Shown here one piece after another: positions 1 to 12,010 of a stretch of 47,233 nucleotides of DNA (position 1 is the stretch's first letter; each line of letters starts with the position of its first letter). The notes under the pieces were generated by a model. That model was given only the letters and a program-made list of their open reading frames with translations, ran no database searches and was not told the DNA's origin. Both the position numbers and the translations under genes were made by a program. Source of the DNA: Chara braunii (taxonomy: Eukaryota > Plantae > Charophyceae); the NCBI GenBank assembly GCA_003427395.1, contig BFEA01000001.1:2677190-2724422 (forward strand), given 5' to 3'.

Positions 1-1766
1 AGGCAGCAAGAAAGGCTATGGCGGCACCGCAGACTCAGGGAAAGGCGAAGAAGGCGGTGGTGCAAGAGGAGGAAGAAGAAGAAGAAGAAGAAGAAGAACC
101 CAAACCTCTAAAGTTAACAAAAACACAAAGGAAGGCCAAAAATCTGGGGCAAGGCGGACAAGGCTCAGGAAGATGACAGACTCCGCAGGCAACAGCACTG
201 CCTCCCCCGGAGTCGCATGGCCAGGCCGCGCCAACACCCTATGGGCCGTGGCCGGGTTATGGACCTCCCAGTCCTTGGCCTGGGCACTGTTCATACGTAC
301 CATGGCCGATGAGTGGACCACATGGATCATGCGCGGGAGCGCCGCTGAGCGCGGCTTCCTGCGGGTGTCCAGGACCCCAGACTCAACAAGTAAGCCACCC
401 GAGCCCCCAGCCAAGCCAACCTCAACAGCCGGCACCATAGGGGTCGCAGGGAATTCAAGACGGCGGACGCCGACAAAACCAAGGATGGGGCCGAGGGCGA
501 GGAAATGGCGGCCGGGGAAATGGAAGAGAAAATGGGGGTGACAATTCCAGTGGAAGAGGAAATGGGGGTGGCAATTCCAGTGGAAGAGGAAATGGGGGTG
601 ACAATTCCGGTGGAGGAGGAAATGGGGATTGGAATGCGTCTGGAAATCAGAATAGTCAGGACGGCGGGTGAGGTTTTGGTAGAGGACGGATAGACTTGAG
701 GAATGTCATTTGCTGGCATTGTGGGCAGAAGGGTCACACCATCAAGTTATGCCATGTCCGAAGGAACGATGAAGATGAAGGGCTGATTAGTACCAACTAC
801 GACGGTGACATGTATGATAAGTTTGGATACTACATTGACGTAGAGATCCCTGGTGGGTCGAGAAAGGAGGCCTTGAGACGAGTCGAGGCCGGCGAGCCGC
901 CCTCTCCTCTGGCCATGTTTCGAATCTGGCAAGAGGAGGATGTCCGTCCTGATGTAAGGGTTGAAGAGATAGGAGAGAATAAGGAAGTAAAGCAGGAAAG
1001 GAAAGCAGGTACGGTCAAGGAAGAACCTATTGTGGTAGAATCTGACGAGGAGATAGAAAGGGGTTACTGGAATGCGGCCCGGAGAACGATGGAAATAATG
1101 GAGGATCTAGTGGCAAAGATGAGAAGGTATCAAGACAAATTGACCAACATGTGTGAAGAGGTCAAGGAGTGGAAAGATAAAAAACCACTGGTATATCTCT
1201 ACGATATGGGTCCAAGACCGCAAGGAGGGTCTTGGAGCCTACCAGGCGTAACGATTTCGAGACCAACGCCTCGGTCCGGAATGGCTTATAGGCCACCATC
1301 AAGGTCAGGAGGAGCGCCACAGGCCGTCAGGACAAGGGCCAAGGGGCCGGTAAGCCCCAATGAGCCGGCAAAGGACGTTCCTGAGCCTAGTGGGGAAAAA
1401 GAGACAGTAGACATCCCACAGGATGAGGATGAGAGAGATGAGAGGTTAAGGAGAGAAGAGGGTAAGAGGACCGAGCTAAGAGCAAAGAAGAGGGATGTTA
1501 AGGCAGACGTGGAGAGAGTCCCGGAGGGGAAGAAAAGGAAGTATGTTGTCCGGGTAGAAGAAGACTATGATGTAGAGGAAATGATGGATAGAATCCTTGA
1601 GGGTCATAATCATCTTATGAATCTGAAGGATGTGTTGACTTCAGCTCCAAGGTTCCGGGACGAGCTTAAAACTCGATTATCCAGGAAGATGGTAGCCAGC
1701 GTGCGATTGAGGGCCATAATTCCCAAGGAAGCGGAATGGGCAGAGACAGGTACGAAGATGGATTGA
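1..1766 (+). pseudogene. gag: gag, 3' portion (poly-Glu, Pro/Gln-rich and Gly/Asn-rich segments, CX2CX4HX4C zinc knuckle)
   Basis: Frame 3 reads AARKAMAAPQ...CWHCGQKGHTIKLC, with in-frame stops at 174, 669 and 1764. Homologous to the minus-strand copy at 26008-27773. Confidence 0.85.
511..630 (+). repeat. 30-bp tandem repeat encoding GRGNGGDNSS-like units in gag
   Basis: ggaagaggaaatgggggtgacaattccagt repeated 3-4 times; inverted counterpart at ~27145-27265. Confidence 0.85.
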
Positions 1767-2525
1767 AAGTCCGTCGCATGTGGATGCTTGGACGTAGTAG
1801 TAAAAGGAAAAACGTGCACGGCAATGGTGGATACTGGGGCGGAAATGAACCTCATAAAAGAGGAGCATGCTTTGCATTTGGGGATGGGGATTGATCACTC
1901 CGATAATGGAGTTTTAATGGGAGCGAATAGTCGGTCTATGTTCATAGGGACCGCATCGAGAGTGGTTTTGGAGATTGGCAAGGTTAAATTGAGAAGCTGT
2001 TTCTTTGTAATGCTCGATCTCGATCATCCCATCCTATTGGGCCNATCTATCCTGAGCCGAACGGAGACCGTCATACNGAATAAGCATGATGGGACGATGT
2101 TCNTTGTCTTATGTGACCCGGTATGTGGCAACTATGAGGTTATTACATGTAGAAATACGAGGCCACAAAGTATAAGGAATAGGCCCAATCCTGGTTCTTT
2201 CACGATTGAGGAATCGGAAGAAGAAAGGAAGAGGCTAGGGGGAGATGAGTTTGAAAAAGAAANNAATCCGGAAGCACTGACTCTTAGCCTGACCAATATA
2301 GGCGATGCTATGGACATAGTGTNAACCTATGGGATGGCGGACCCGGAGGCCGTAGAGGCCTTGAGATAAAAGGTGATGGAACAAATNGGTGAAGGAGAGG
2401 TGGANCAGGTATATCGGACGCNCGGAAAGAGAGGAGGATCGGCAGGAGCCCAACCCCTGAGTGCAACTCGGCCTTTTTTAGGGGTGGGCTCGAGCAAGGG
2501 TCACAAAGGCGGTACAAAAGAGTAG
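1767..2525 (+). pseudogene. Retropepsin aspartic protease, in frame with gag
   Basis: AMVDTGAEMNLI and HPILLG motifs; same frame as gag. Internal TAA at 2367; zero-frame stop at 2523-2525. Confidence 0.9.
2474..2480 (+). promoter_or_regulatory. Candidate -1 ribosomal frameshift slippery heptamer T TTT TTA
   Basis: Phased X XXY YYZ in the gag-pro frame; the RT ORF is in the -1 frame. Conserved in copy B at 25294-25300. Confidence 0.75.
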
Positions 2526-4110
2526 ATCAAAAATGCCGCCCTGTTCCTGTGCTCGTGATTGAGGAACAAAAAATTTATTACGAGTGGGAACGAGAGTTGA
2601 TACGGCAGATGCGNGAAAATGTGGAGAATGGACCATNTCGTATCAATCAAGAAACGGAAGAGGCGCTGATAATAGGNGAACCAGATTTCCTTACAGCGCA
2701 GGAGAGGCANTTGATGGTANAGACCATGAGAGGAAGGCATACTGCCTATGCCTTCAATGATGACGAACGTGGCCGCCTGGATGTTGACAAGATTCCGATG
2801 ATTCGGATACATAACGTGCCACATGAACCATGAAATCTGCGAGGTGCGNGATACCCGAACCCGGNTGACGAAGAAAAANTGGTAAATTATCTTGACGGGA
2901 AGATCCGCACTCATGTCTCAGACTACTCGAGTGGACCATNTGCATCCCCTTGGTTTTGCTTTGTCAAACCAAATGGGACACTNAGATGGGTACAGGATTT
3001 GNAGCGCTTGAATGCTGTAACAGTNAGAGATGCNGGGGGTCTCCCTAANGCTGATGCGCTTTCAGAGGCATGCGCAGGAAGATCCATAATATCNCTCATA
3101 GACTTGTATTCTGGTTATGACCAGTTTCCTNTTTACCCTTCGGACAGACCAATGACTGCAATGCATACCCGTCNAGGGCTGATTCACATGAATGTCGCAC
3201 CGCAAGGGTGGACGAACGCGGTTGCCATGGTCCAGAGACACATGGTGAGGGCAATGCAACCAGTAAGTCATCACATTACACAACCTTACATCGACGATCT
3301 GGCTGTGAAAGGGCCAAACGAGAAGGATGAGAGGGAGGTGATGCCTGGGATTAAGCAATTTGTCTGGGATCATGTGCAAAATCTTTGTAAAGTCCTAGAC
3401 TTGCTAAAAGAGCATAACCTCACTGCAAGCGGAACAAAGTCCAGGCATTGTATGCGTGGAGCAACAATCTTTGGGTTTGTGGGCGACGAGAGGGGTCGTC
3501 GGCCAGACACTAAGAAAACGAACAAGATTCTCGAATGACCAACACCATTCGAGACAATGACAGAGGTAAGGAGCTTCCTGGGAACATGTGGGTTTTGGAG
3601 AGTGTTCATCAAAGGGTTTGCGGCAAAGACAGAGCAGTTGCGAAAGCTTGTGCGCCAAGGTCAGGATTGGGAATGGGGAGACAAGCAGGAGTCAGTAATA
3701 GAGGCTCTGAAGAAAGAGTTTGAGGAAGGGGGTCTGGTACTGGGGGTACCAGACCATGCGGCTGTGATGACCAGACCTTTTATCATAGAAACGGACGCAG
3801 GGCCGACTGCCCTGGGAGGAGTACTGATCCAGCGAGACCTCAATGGAGATTGAAAGTCGAACGCTTAACACAACTGAGAGGAATTACTCCCAGTTTAAGC
3901 GCGAGACCACTGCTTGAGGATTTTCAGAAACTACCTCTTTGGCAGCAGGTTTATGTTGAGGGTGGACCCAACGGCTCTAGCTGGTTCCCTTAAGAACTTC
4001 GCTCCTTCAGATCCAACCATTGCCAGGTGGTTGACGTACATCTAAACGTTTGACTTCGAATTTGAGCGTATTCCTGGGAACAAGAATAGGGCAGATGGGT
4101 TAAGTCGCGT
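2481..4110 (+). pseudogene. pol: Reverse transcriptase and RNase H
   Basis: ASPWFCFVKPNG, DLYSGYDQ, PQGWTN, QPYIDD, VRSFLG, FIIETDAG, ERNYSQ and NRADGLSR motifs. Stops, plus two short deletions (~3850, ~3908) relative to copy B. Confidence 0.93.
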
Positions 4111-4135
4111 CGACTGGGACAAGAGCAACAAAGGG

Positions 4136-5869
4136 GTGATTGAAGATACTCCGCTGGTCGACGGTTTCCTGGACAAGGAAGAGGACGTTAAACTCCACAT
4201 TAACTCCTGGTCATTGGCTATAGGTAACTATGTTACTCCTGGACGACCTGTATGGCTCGCACCTCCGGGTCATGTGCGGCGGCCGGATATAGTCCCCAAA
4301 CCTTATATTGAGGAAGATTCTTGGGGAATGCCTGAACTGGAGTGGATGATGGAGTTGGCCTTGGCGGATAAGTACCAGCTGCGGGAAGACTTGGTCACAT
4401 TGGAGACCGGACCCCAGCAGGTAGAAAAGGATGAACGATTGGTAGGTGGAATGTACGTGTTGGCAAACTCGTTGCTCCAAGAAGAGGTTGCTAGGATTGA
4501 AGAAGAGAGGCAAGATAGAGAGGAGAACGTGATTCATGAAGGAGAGGACGATGATTTTGAAGAAGGTGAGATAAAAGAGGCCTTTCGCGCAGAAGAATAC
4601 GACGGAGTATATCTGGAATTGGGAATGCTCCTGTCATGTGAAACAAGAGAAAGAGATGTTAACGAAANAGTCCTTAAGATGCGACCGAATTTTCTAGTGA
4701 GNGGCGGTCATCTATTCATGAGAAATAAAGGAAAGAATCCCAGAAGGGTAGTCTGTGGGATAAATCGACAGATTGACGTCATAGCTGCCCTTCATGATGG
4801 AACGANTGATGGCCATANNAGNACAGATGCAACATACTTAAAGNTTCACGAACTATATTATTGGGATAGCATGGGACACATGATCGANAAATATTGTAAA
4901 TCTTGCATACCATGTNAGGAGCNGTCTTCGCTAAGACCTANGGAACNGCTTCACCCTAGATATATATGTGAGGTCGGAGCAGTCGTTCATCTGGATCTAT
5001 TAGCGATGNCTCTGGGAATAGGAGGGTTTAACTATATCTTTGATGCACGAGACAATCTCTNAGGGTTTGTTGATGGCAAGGTTATTCGCACGAAGACTGG
5101 AGAGGTACTAGCTCGATGCATTGAAGAGTACTACCTTCGCTATCCTTTCGTCTNAAGGTTCGTAATNGACNGGGGGTCCGAATTCACCTGTGCCGAAGTG
5201 AAAGCGTTGCTGAAAGGGTATGGTGTGATCGCCGAGTATACGACTGCGGCGCACCCTCAGACTAATGCACCGGTAGAAAGANGGCACAGTACCATTACAA
5301 ATCTTCTCACAAAATGGACAGATGGCAGACCTAATCAGTGGCCANCTTTCCTGAGGGTTGCTTTCTTCGTGGANAATATCACTGTCAGAAGGAGTACCAA
5401 CTANGCGCCAGCTACATTATGGTATGGCAGACATGCGACGTTCCCTATAGAAAGTTTCCTAAAGACTTGGAGGCGACAAAACCTCAAGATAAACTTGTCT
5501 TTTGAGGACTTGCTTGATCTAAGGGCACGTCAAATTGGAGCCATAAAAGATAAGGTACAGGAAGCGGCAAGTAGGGTGGCTGACAGTCGAACCAAGGACA
5601 AGTTCAGGTGGGACCAGTTGGCACGAGTAAGGAAGGAACCTCTTAAGGTGGGAGACACCGTGCTACTGTACGACTCGTCCTTGGAGAAGCAATGGTCGAG
5701 GAAATTGGATAAGAGATGGTTAGGACCATACAGGGTCGCCAGGTGTGGAGAACATGGCGCATACCAAATCGAGGAGCTGAATGGGACCGCTTGGAAGGAC
5801 TGGGTGNCAGACTCGAGGTTGAAGAAGTTTGTCGCTCGAGACGAGGTGAGTCTGGACCTTACAAGCTAG
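4136..5869 (+). pseudogene. pol: Acidic linker plus integrase (HHCC, DDE core, GPY/SH3-like C-terminus; no chromodomain)
   Basis: LHDG..GH...CKSCIPC, HLDLL, DxGSEF, HPQTNAPVER and KLDKRWLGPYRV. Confidence 0.93.
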
Positions 5870-6079
5870 AGTCTCTTTCTCTTGTTAAGTATGTCTTTCT
5901 GATGGGGGTATCAGTACAGAAAGATTGTATGGACGTTCATTAGAATGATATGATGGGTTATGATAGTACGTATGTATGTGTAGGTATGTATGTGTATGCC
6001 TGTATAGGCGTCTAGGTTAGATGGGGGGGGATGTGTCTGTCTCTCACTGTGTGCCGAACCTGCTTACACTCTGTGTGCT

Positions 6080-6106
6080 TTGACTTGTCTCTTCCTTGTT
6101 GTGCAG
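6080..6106 (+). promoter_or_regulatory. Predicted 3' splice acceptor for the post-integrase ORF
   Basis: ttgac branch-like motif, pyrimidine tract and tgcag|G, 24 nt before ATG 6130. Conserved in copy B (~21638-21664, minus). Confidence 0.55.
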
Positions 6107-6129
6107 GCTTGACACCATTTGGCGAAGCC

Positions 6130-8495
6130 ATGCCAAGAGGGAGGGAGGGGCAAGGCCAGTGGAACCCCCTCAGGAGGCAGCCAGACAGAGAATGCAGGGA
6201 TGGACCAGGAAAGAGGACAGGCCACCCATCTTTTAGAGGAGGGAACGTGGAGTTGTTTTTTGTCGAGTTCGAGAAGCATGCCAACAAGTTCAGATGGGAT
6301 GGAGCCAGGATGCTGAGAAAGGTACGAGGAGGGGGCGAGTGGGCTGAGGCCATTGCCAGATATGTACGGGAGTCAGTGACCTGGCAGGAGTTCGAAAGGA
6401 AGATGGAAGGGATACATCCATCGCCTGTGGGGAGAGATGGAGTGCCAATCCGGTTCGATGGAACGAACCTGGATGAGTTCTTGTGGGCTTATGACCGGTT
6501 TGCAGACGAGCAGAACATTGCACCTAAGACCAAAGTGAGAGGGTTCCTCCAGTTCGTGAGGAGGCCTATCAGGATGTTCGTCAGGAACATTGTGGAAAGA
6601 GCGTTGCATTGGGGAGATTGCAGGCGGTTACTGAGGAGCTACTATACTCCCACACGCCAGACAGAGGAGAGAAGGAGTATGGAGAAGAAGAGGAAGGAGC
6701 CAGAGGTCACAGAGAGGAGGACTTTTGAGTCGGCATGACCTTAGGCACTCAAAGGGATGGACAGTGGAAAGAGCACAGGTCCCACAGGCAGGAGAGAGGA
6801 GAGGAGCAGCATGCTGAGAGGGTTCAAAGGAGAGAGGAACAACATGCTGACTGGACACAGCAGACAGAGAGGCAGGATGCATAAAGGACCCAGAGGGGAG
6901 GACCATCAGGTGGATCAGATGCGCCCCCTCAGCCTGCTCAGGGCTGCCCTATGGCAGACAAAGGGCCATAACTACCTCAAGAGCCACATGGACAGGAGCA
7001 GAGTGAGGACCAGGCTGCAAGGGAGAAGAAACAAGACAGAAAGGAGAGAGCAGCAATAGAGAGAGAGATCAGAGTAAAAATCAGACTCAAGAANATTGCG
7101 GAGCTGCACGAGAAGGTTGAGCAGGGAGAGCAGCCTGTGATACTAGAAGACAAAAAGGGGAATGGCTCACCCACTCAAGACGATGAGACTCCTCTTTTCA
7201 CGGAAGCGTGGGACAACTTTGATAAGTTGTTGGAGGCAGCAGGGAGGCCCAGGGAACAACATCAGGAGATGGGGGTTAAGATGGTCTCTACAGACTTTCT
7301 TAGCCTGAAGGGCCTTATGAAGGAGGGTTTTGCGGTGGCCAAGACTTCTGATGAAAAAATGGAGAAGAGGTTGACAAGGGTGGCGTGGGCGTCTCGTAAG
7401 CAGAGAATGGACTGGCAGAAAGAAATTGATGATCTCAAGAAGGAGTTGGAGAGGCAGAACAAGGAAGTGGATGCCGTGAAGATTGAGATGGAGAAGGCCT
7501 GGGCAGGCAACGAGGCCATCAGACAGGTCAACCAGACCCTCAACAAAGTCAACGACACCCTGAGGACCTACTTGCAGGTATAACAGAATATCTTTCAGGC
7601 AAAGGAAGCCAAGTGGGAGAAGAGGATAGAGGATCTTGAGGCCAAATGTGCACAACAGGTGCCTACTGCAGTGGTGGACTGGACCGAGGTTCAGGGGTTT
7701 GAAATCAGGAAGCAGCCTGCAGAGGAGGCCTTCAAGAGTCAGAAGGTGGAAGANAGGGCAAACGAGCAAAGGGGTGAGGAAATCCCTCTGCTGGATAAGA
7801 AGATGTTGGAGCCACAAGAGACACTAGCAGGAAGGGACTTAGAAGCAGGAGAGTTTGAGTGGAGGATGCCCACCGTCTTGGCACACGAGCAGGGACTAGT
7901 GAGGCCAGGGGTGAGGCCACCAACATAGGCCAACATGGATGAGGCTGCACCACCTACGATTCAGAGAGAAACTGTAGGGCAGCAGGAGGCTCAGGAGAGT
8001 GTGGGACAGGCCAAGGTTGAGGCTGAGGTAGGGGAGGATCTGGAGGTTTCTCAGAAAACCCCACCACCTCAGGATATGCCTCTGGTTGCAGGTCTGGAGG
8101 AGGCGCTGGGATCTCGGGCCACTGGATCCGGGGCAGAGGAGCGAGTGAGTGAGCNGGTGGCGCAGACAGATGACAGAGCAGCATGCCCCATTCCTCCTTA
8201 GCATCCACAGCAGGAGGTCACGAGCGAGGCTACAACAGTCCCCTCATCTGTGCCCTCCCAAGGAGCTGACAAGATGGAGCAGAAGAAGTTTGGAAGATGC
8301 TTCTACTGCAAGAAGGGCAAGCACCCACAAGAGACCTGTCCCAAAAGCCTCAAGGATGAGGCGAATGGCTTGTTTTCTTGGGATCCGTCTAGGGTACGTA
8401 GGGATAAGTATGGGAACCTGATCCTAAAGACTCGTGATGGGATATGGGCGCAGTTGTATAAGCAGTTGCAGGAGGACATGAGTGATCAGGGATAG
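6130..8495 (+). pseudogene. Extra ORF in the env position encoding a second Gag-like protein (two capsid N-lobe-like repeats, coiled coil, C-terminal CCHC knuckle)
   Basis: FRGGNVELFFVEFEKHA and FDGTNLDEFLWAYDRFA repeats, a heptad-rich segment at ~7350-7640, and CFYCKKGKHPQETC..DEANGL..DKYG aligning with the gag knuckle region. Interrupted by stops and frameshifts. Confidence 0.75.
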
Positions 8496-10210
8496 GGTTC
8501 TTTCATAGGGTCNGAAAATGTCTAGATTCTGACAAGTATAAAGCATCTCTAAATCACTACTGATAGATGATTGTATTGATCTTCAGGCTTAGTTAGTTGA
8601 GTCATTACTGAGATGTTTACTTTCGCATATTGACTTTCAGGCTTAGTTGTACCTAGGATGGTATTGAGTGTGACACTGATTTTCTCATTTTTACTTTCAC
8701 ATTTTTTCAGTGTGGTGTGAAGTGTTCTTAGATAGTGTTTTTGTGTGAGTTTATGATTCTTTCTCGTTCAGAGCGGTGTGAGATCCTGGTTTCTTTTTAC
8801 CTTGACTTTTACTTTGACACTTCGTTCGGATACTCTGATTCTTTGTTGAGTATTGTGACACTTGGTACGATACCCGGACTCTTTGTGTGATACTTGGATC
8901 CTTTGTACGACACCTTGACCGTTTCGATATGGACGGGCGCCTTTGATTGTTGCAAGGCCCCATATTTTGTGTGCATATGCGAGTCTCAGACTTCTTTCTT
9001 TTTGTGTGGTGTGTCACACTCACTCTCAGTTCGTGGACTTGCTCATAGGAATGTTTGTTGTGATGAAGTAAATGTTGTAAAATGACCTGATCTGCACTAT
9101 CTTCCTCTATACTTAGGCATACATATTACATTAACAGACGAAGTCATAAGTACAGGGAAAAAGAGTGCACCTCACGTCTGTTTGAGAGGAAAGACTCGTG
9201 TCATAATTTGTAAGGGCATGAGTGATGACAAATGAAACGGTCGCAACTAAAGTTGTGTTTTGTGTGTGNTTCAAAAGCGAGAGAAGGAAACTCAATGGCC
9301 GATAGGGTTTTTCTTTATATAAAAGTGATATTATGAGAGAGCACTCGAATGAGATGCTATAACGATGAGAAAATTTTATGTCTGTAAGTCTGACGAGGAA
9401 AGGCCAAAATTTTTGTGAGAATTATGAATGGAAAACTTCTGGCAATTGAGATGGAACTCTGGAAAACATTTGAGAGATGTCCCTAAGACGTGTGACCTCA
9501 CCTTCCTTGATCAAAGCAAGGGAGACACGACCTTGTGAGTTTATTGAGTGTTTTGTTGGAATATTAAGAAAGGCGCTATCCCTCCACGTAGTCCCGTGGG
9601 CAGCTTGTACGTGATCCTTTGGTTATGATGAAAGTTTTTGAGAGAGAATGCCAGACCACAATGAAGTCAGTCTAAGGGACATATTTTGTGAGGCCAGGCT
9701 AAGGGGCTATACTTAGCATCGCNGGAACTGTAGGACCTAACTCCCAGCGAGGGCCGCTGACCGGCACAACCTGGCAGCGGGACCATGGCTTACCAATGGT
9801 TAAGTCTTGAAGGGTCGGCCACCCAGAGAGGTTTAGCTAGGAGGAAAGNCATTGGGGTCGATTAGGTCAAGAGTCGGGACCCTTCGGGGTGCCAAGATAT
9901 ATAAAACTGCTTATCGTTGCACAACCAACGAGGGCACTGCCGCTAATATAACAACGCGGTAGGCCGTAGATCTGGCTCGATCAACCAGACTATGGTGGGT
10001 CAGGATGGAGACCTAGAAGCCGCCTGTGTTAGACTCCAGGTTGGGCGTTCATTATAAGTGGGTACTTGATATGGTACTAACTACCATTTTGGGGACTATA
10101 GGTGCCCCATATTTGAGAGAGGTCTCGGTTAGGGCCCGCGTCCTAAGTTATGACCCTGCTTGCAGGACGATGACTAAACAGGACACCCAACGGTGAACCG
10201 ACAGATGTCT

Positions 10211-10227
10211 AAGGCAAAGGGAGAGAA
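10211..10227 (+). promoter_or_regulatory. Polypurine tract (plus-strand primer) of copy A
   Basis: aaggcaaagggagagaa (16 of 17 purines), followed by CnATCAAGC, which resembles the reverse complement of the LTR end (TGTTCAGC). Confidence 0.6.
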
Positions 10228-12010
10228 CNATCAAGCTACTACCTGGGAGCGGGCATTACACTGTAGTACGGAACAAAGTATCCCCAGAGTCCGAGGCCAA
10301 GACGTGGGAGACCCAGGTTGAAACCCTGGCAGTGGAACACCGTGACGGGGGTAGATTGATGGAATGCCTCGAACGGAGTCAAGCCGACTAATCGGATTGG
10401 TTACTTCCTCGTCAGCAGATGTGATTTTGTTGAATTTAAAATTTTGATTGTCCGACGCGACGGGGGCGTCGCTTAATAGGGTCCGGAAAACTGTCGGCAC
10501 CAATACCCTTACAAGGGTAATTGTGCATGTTTTGTGCACCTCACAGAAAAGGCGACTAAGATGATATTTGAAAGAGTGGCGTGTGTTTCGTCCAGCCGCA
10601 ACTAACTCCTTGAAGACGGAAGTGGCAGACGCATGCATAATTTGATTAGAGAGTGTGTGAGCATGCACGTTGTGGACATGTGTGAGTTCAGTCAAATAGC
10701 TATTTAGCATAAACAACTAACCACCGCCAGTCTAGGATAGAAGTAAGTTGGAAACTCGGACAAGGCTGAGTAGGCCGCAACCTCGCGCCCGCTGACAAAG
10801 TCACAGTCAACGCAGAGTTGGTCAATGGGTCTACGACTAGAAGAAAGTTTTCGTTGACTCACTGAAAGACGGGATTTTAAAGACCGCATGGTAAGGAGTG
10901 CGTAAACACTAAGCTCAACTGTATACGAGCAGGGGTCGGAGCCGTCGGAGGAGTGAGAGGGAAAATGATGCGAACTGGGTTAGTAGGGACAAAAGTCGGG
11001 GTTCTCCGGCAAAGCGGCGACAAAAGGGTTGGTCGCGGCAGGCTATGAGAGCCTCGGGCCGCGACCGCGGCATGAAGGGGCGACGCGCGTGGTAGGCCGA
11101 GCAACGCTTACCCTTGAGGCAGCAGAACGCGACATTTCAAAGCCAGGGGTTCTGGGAATAAGCCAAGTGGTGGCCTTGGCATACCCTTGCAGGCCTGGGC
11201 AGGATGCAGTTACTCTTCATATAGAGAACTGAGCCTGTTGCCTCCAGGCTTGGGCTTAGCCCTATAGGTTACGTCACTGAGTTGTCACCAGGAGGATCCC
11301 AAGGTTGAGTCCAGCAGCATGCAGCGGAGCGGTGGAGGAGCGCTATGGAGTGAACCAAGGGGTTGAGGGTCCCGCGGGACTATCCCCCTTGGTTTTGTTG
11401 GGAAGTCCAGCAGCGGGCCCGCGAGGTAGGACCAAGTGCCAACGGTCCCCTCCCCGATCCGTTTTCCTAGCTATTATTTTAAAATTTTACTTATTTTATT
11501 TTATTTACTTATTTATTTATTTATTTTCTCTCTCGTTCCCGAAGAGTTCTTGCGCACGGTCTGTGAGTGGCACCGTGTGACCAGCAAAGTACCGATCCGC
11601 CATTGCTGCAGACAGGCGAGGCCTTGTCCCCTTTGAGAAGGTACGGTAGTGTGGTCTAAACCATGCCCGAAAACCTCAAGTTCGGCCTATTCCAAATCTG
11701 CGTTTTTCGTAGGTCTGGAGTCGCAGTGTGAGCGTTCNCGGTGGGACTAACAAGATGGTGAACTGTGACGGGGCCATGCGGTGCCACANGGAGTGTCAGC
11801 AGGGGCCTGCAGCNATACCGCTGCCAACCATAGACCTAGGTATAGGGCGGAAGGCTAGCCAGACCGCCAAGTAGCAGGTTCTCTCAGTAGGTCTCCCTCG
11901 GGGTAGCTGGAGCTGTGGAGCTGTCTTACTGAACAACAGTGAGGCCAAACCCGGGCAGGAGGGGGACTGTGGTGACTTCTGCATCTAGTACCAGGATTGG
12001 CCAGGCAAAG

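Noticed and set aside
16-737. Antisense and alternate-frame ORFs over gag (poly-Leu, PISSSTGI repeats) and similar shadows throughout
   Set aside because: By-products of GAA runs and the 30-bp repeat in the real gag frame.
5700-6000. Chromodomain at the integrase C-terminus
   Set aside because: The ORF ends shortly after the GPY/SH3-like region with no chromo motif.
6130-8495. env gene by position
   Set aside because: No signal peptide or transmembrane segment; it has Gag-like motifs instead.
11756-11773. Possible tRNA-Trp PBS (ACA-aga-TGGTGAAC) defining a short LTR
   Set aside because: Only ~8 nt match; a 19-nt tRNA-Asp PBS sits next to gag at 20787.
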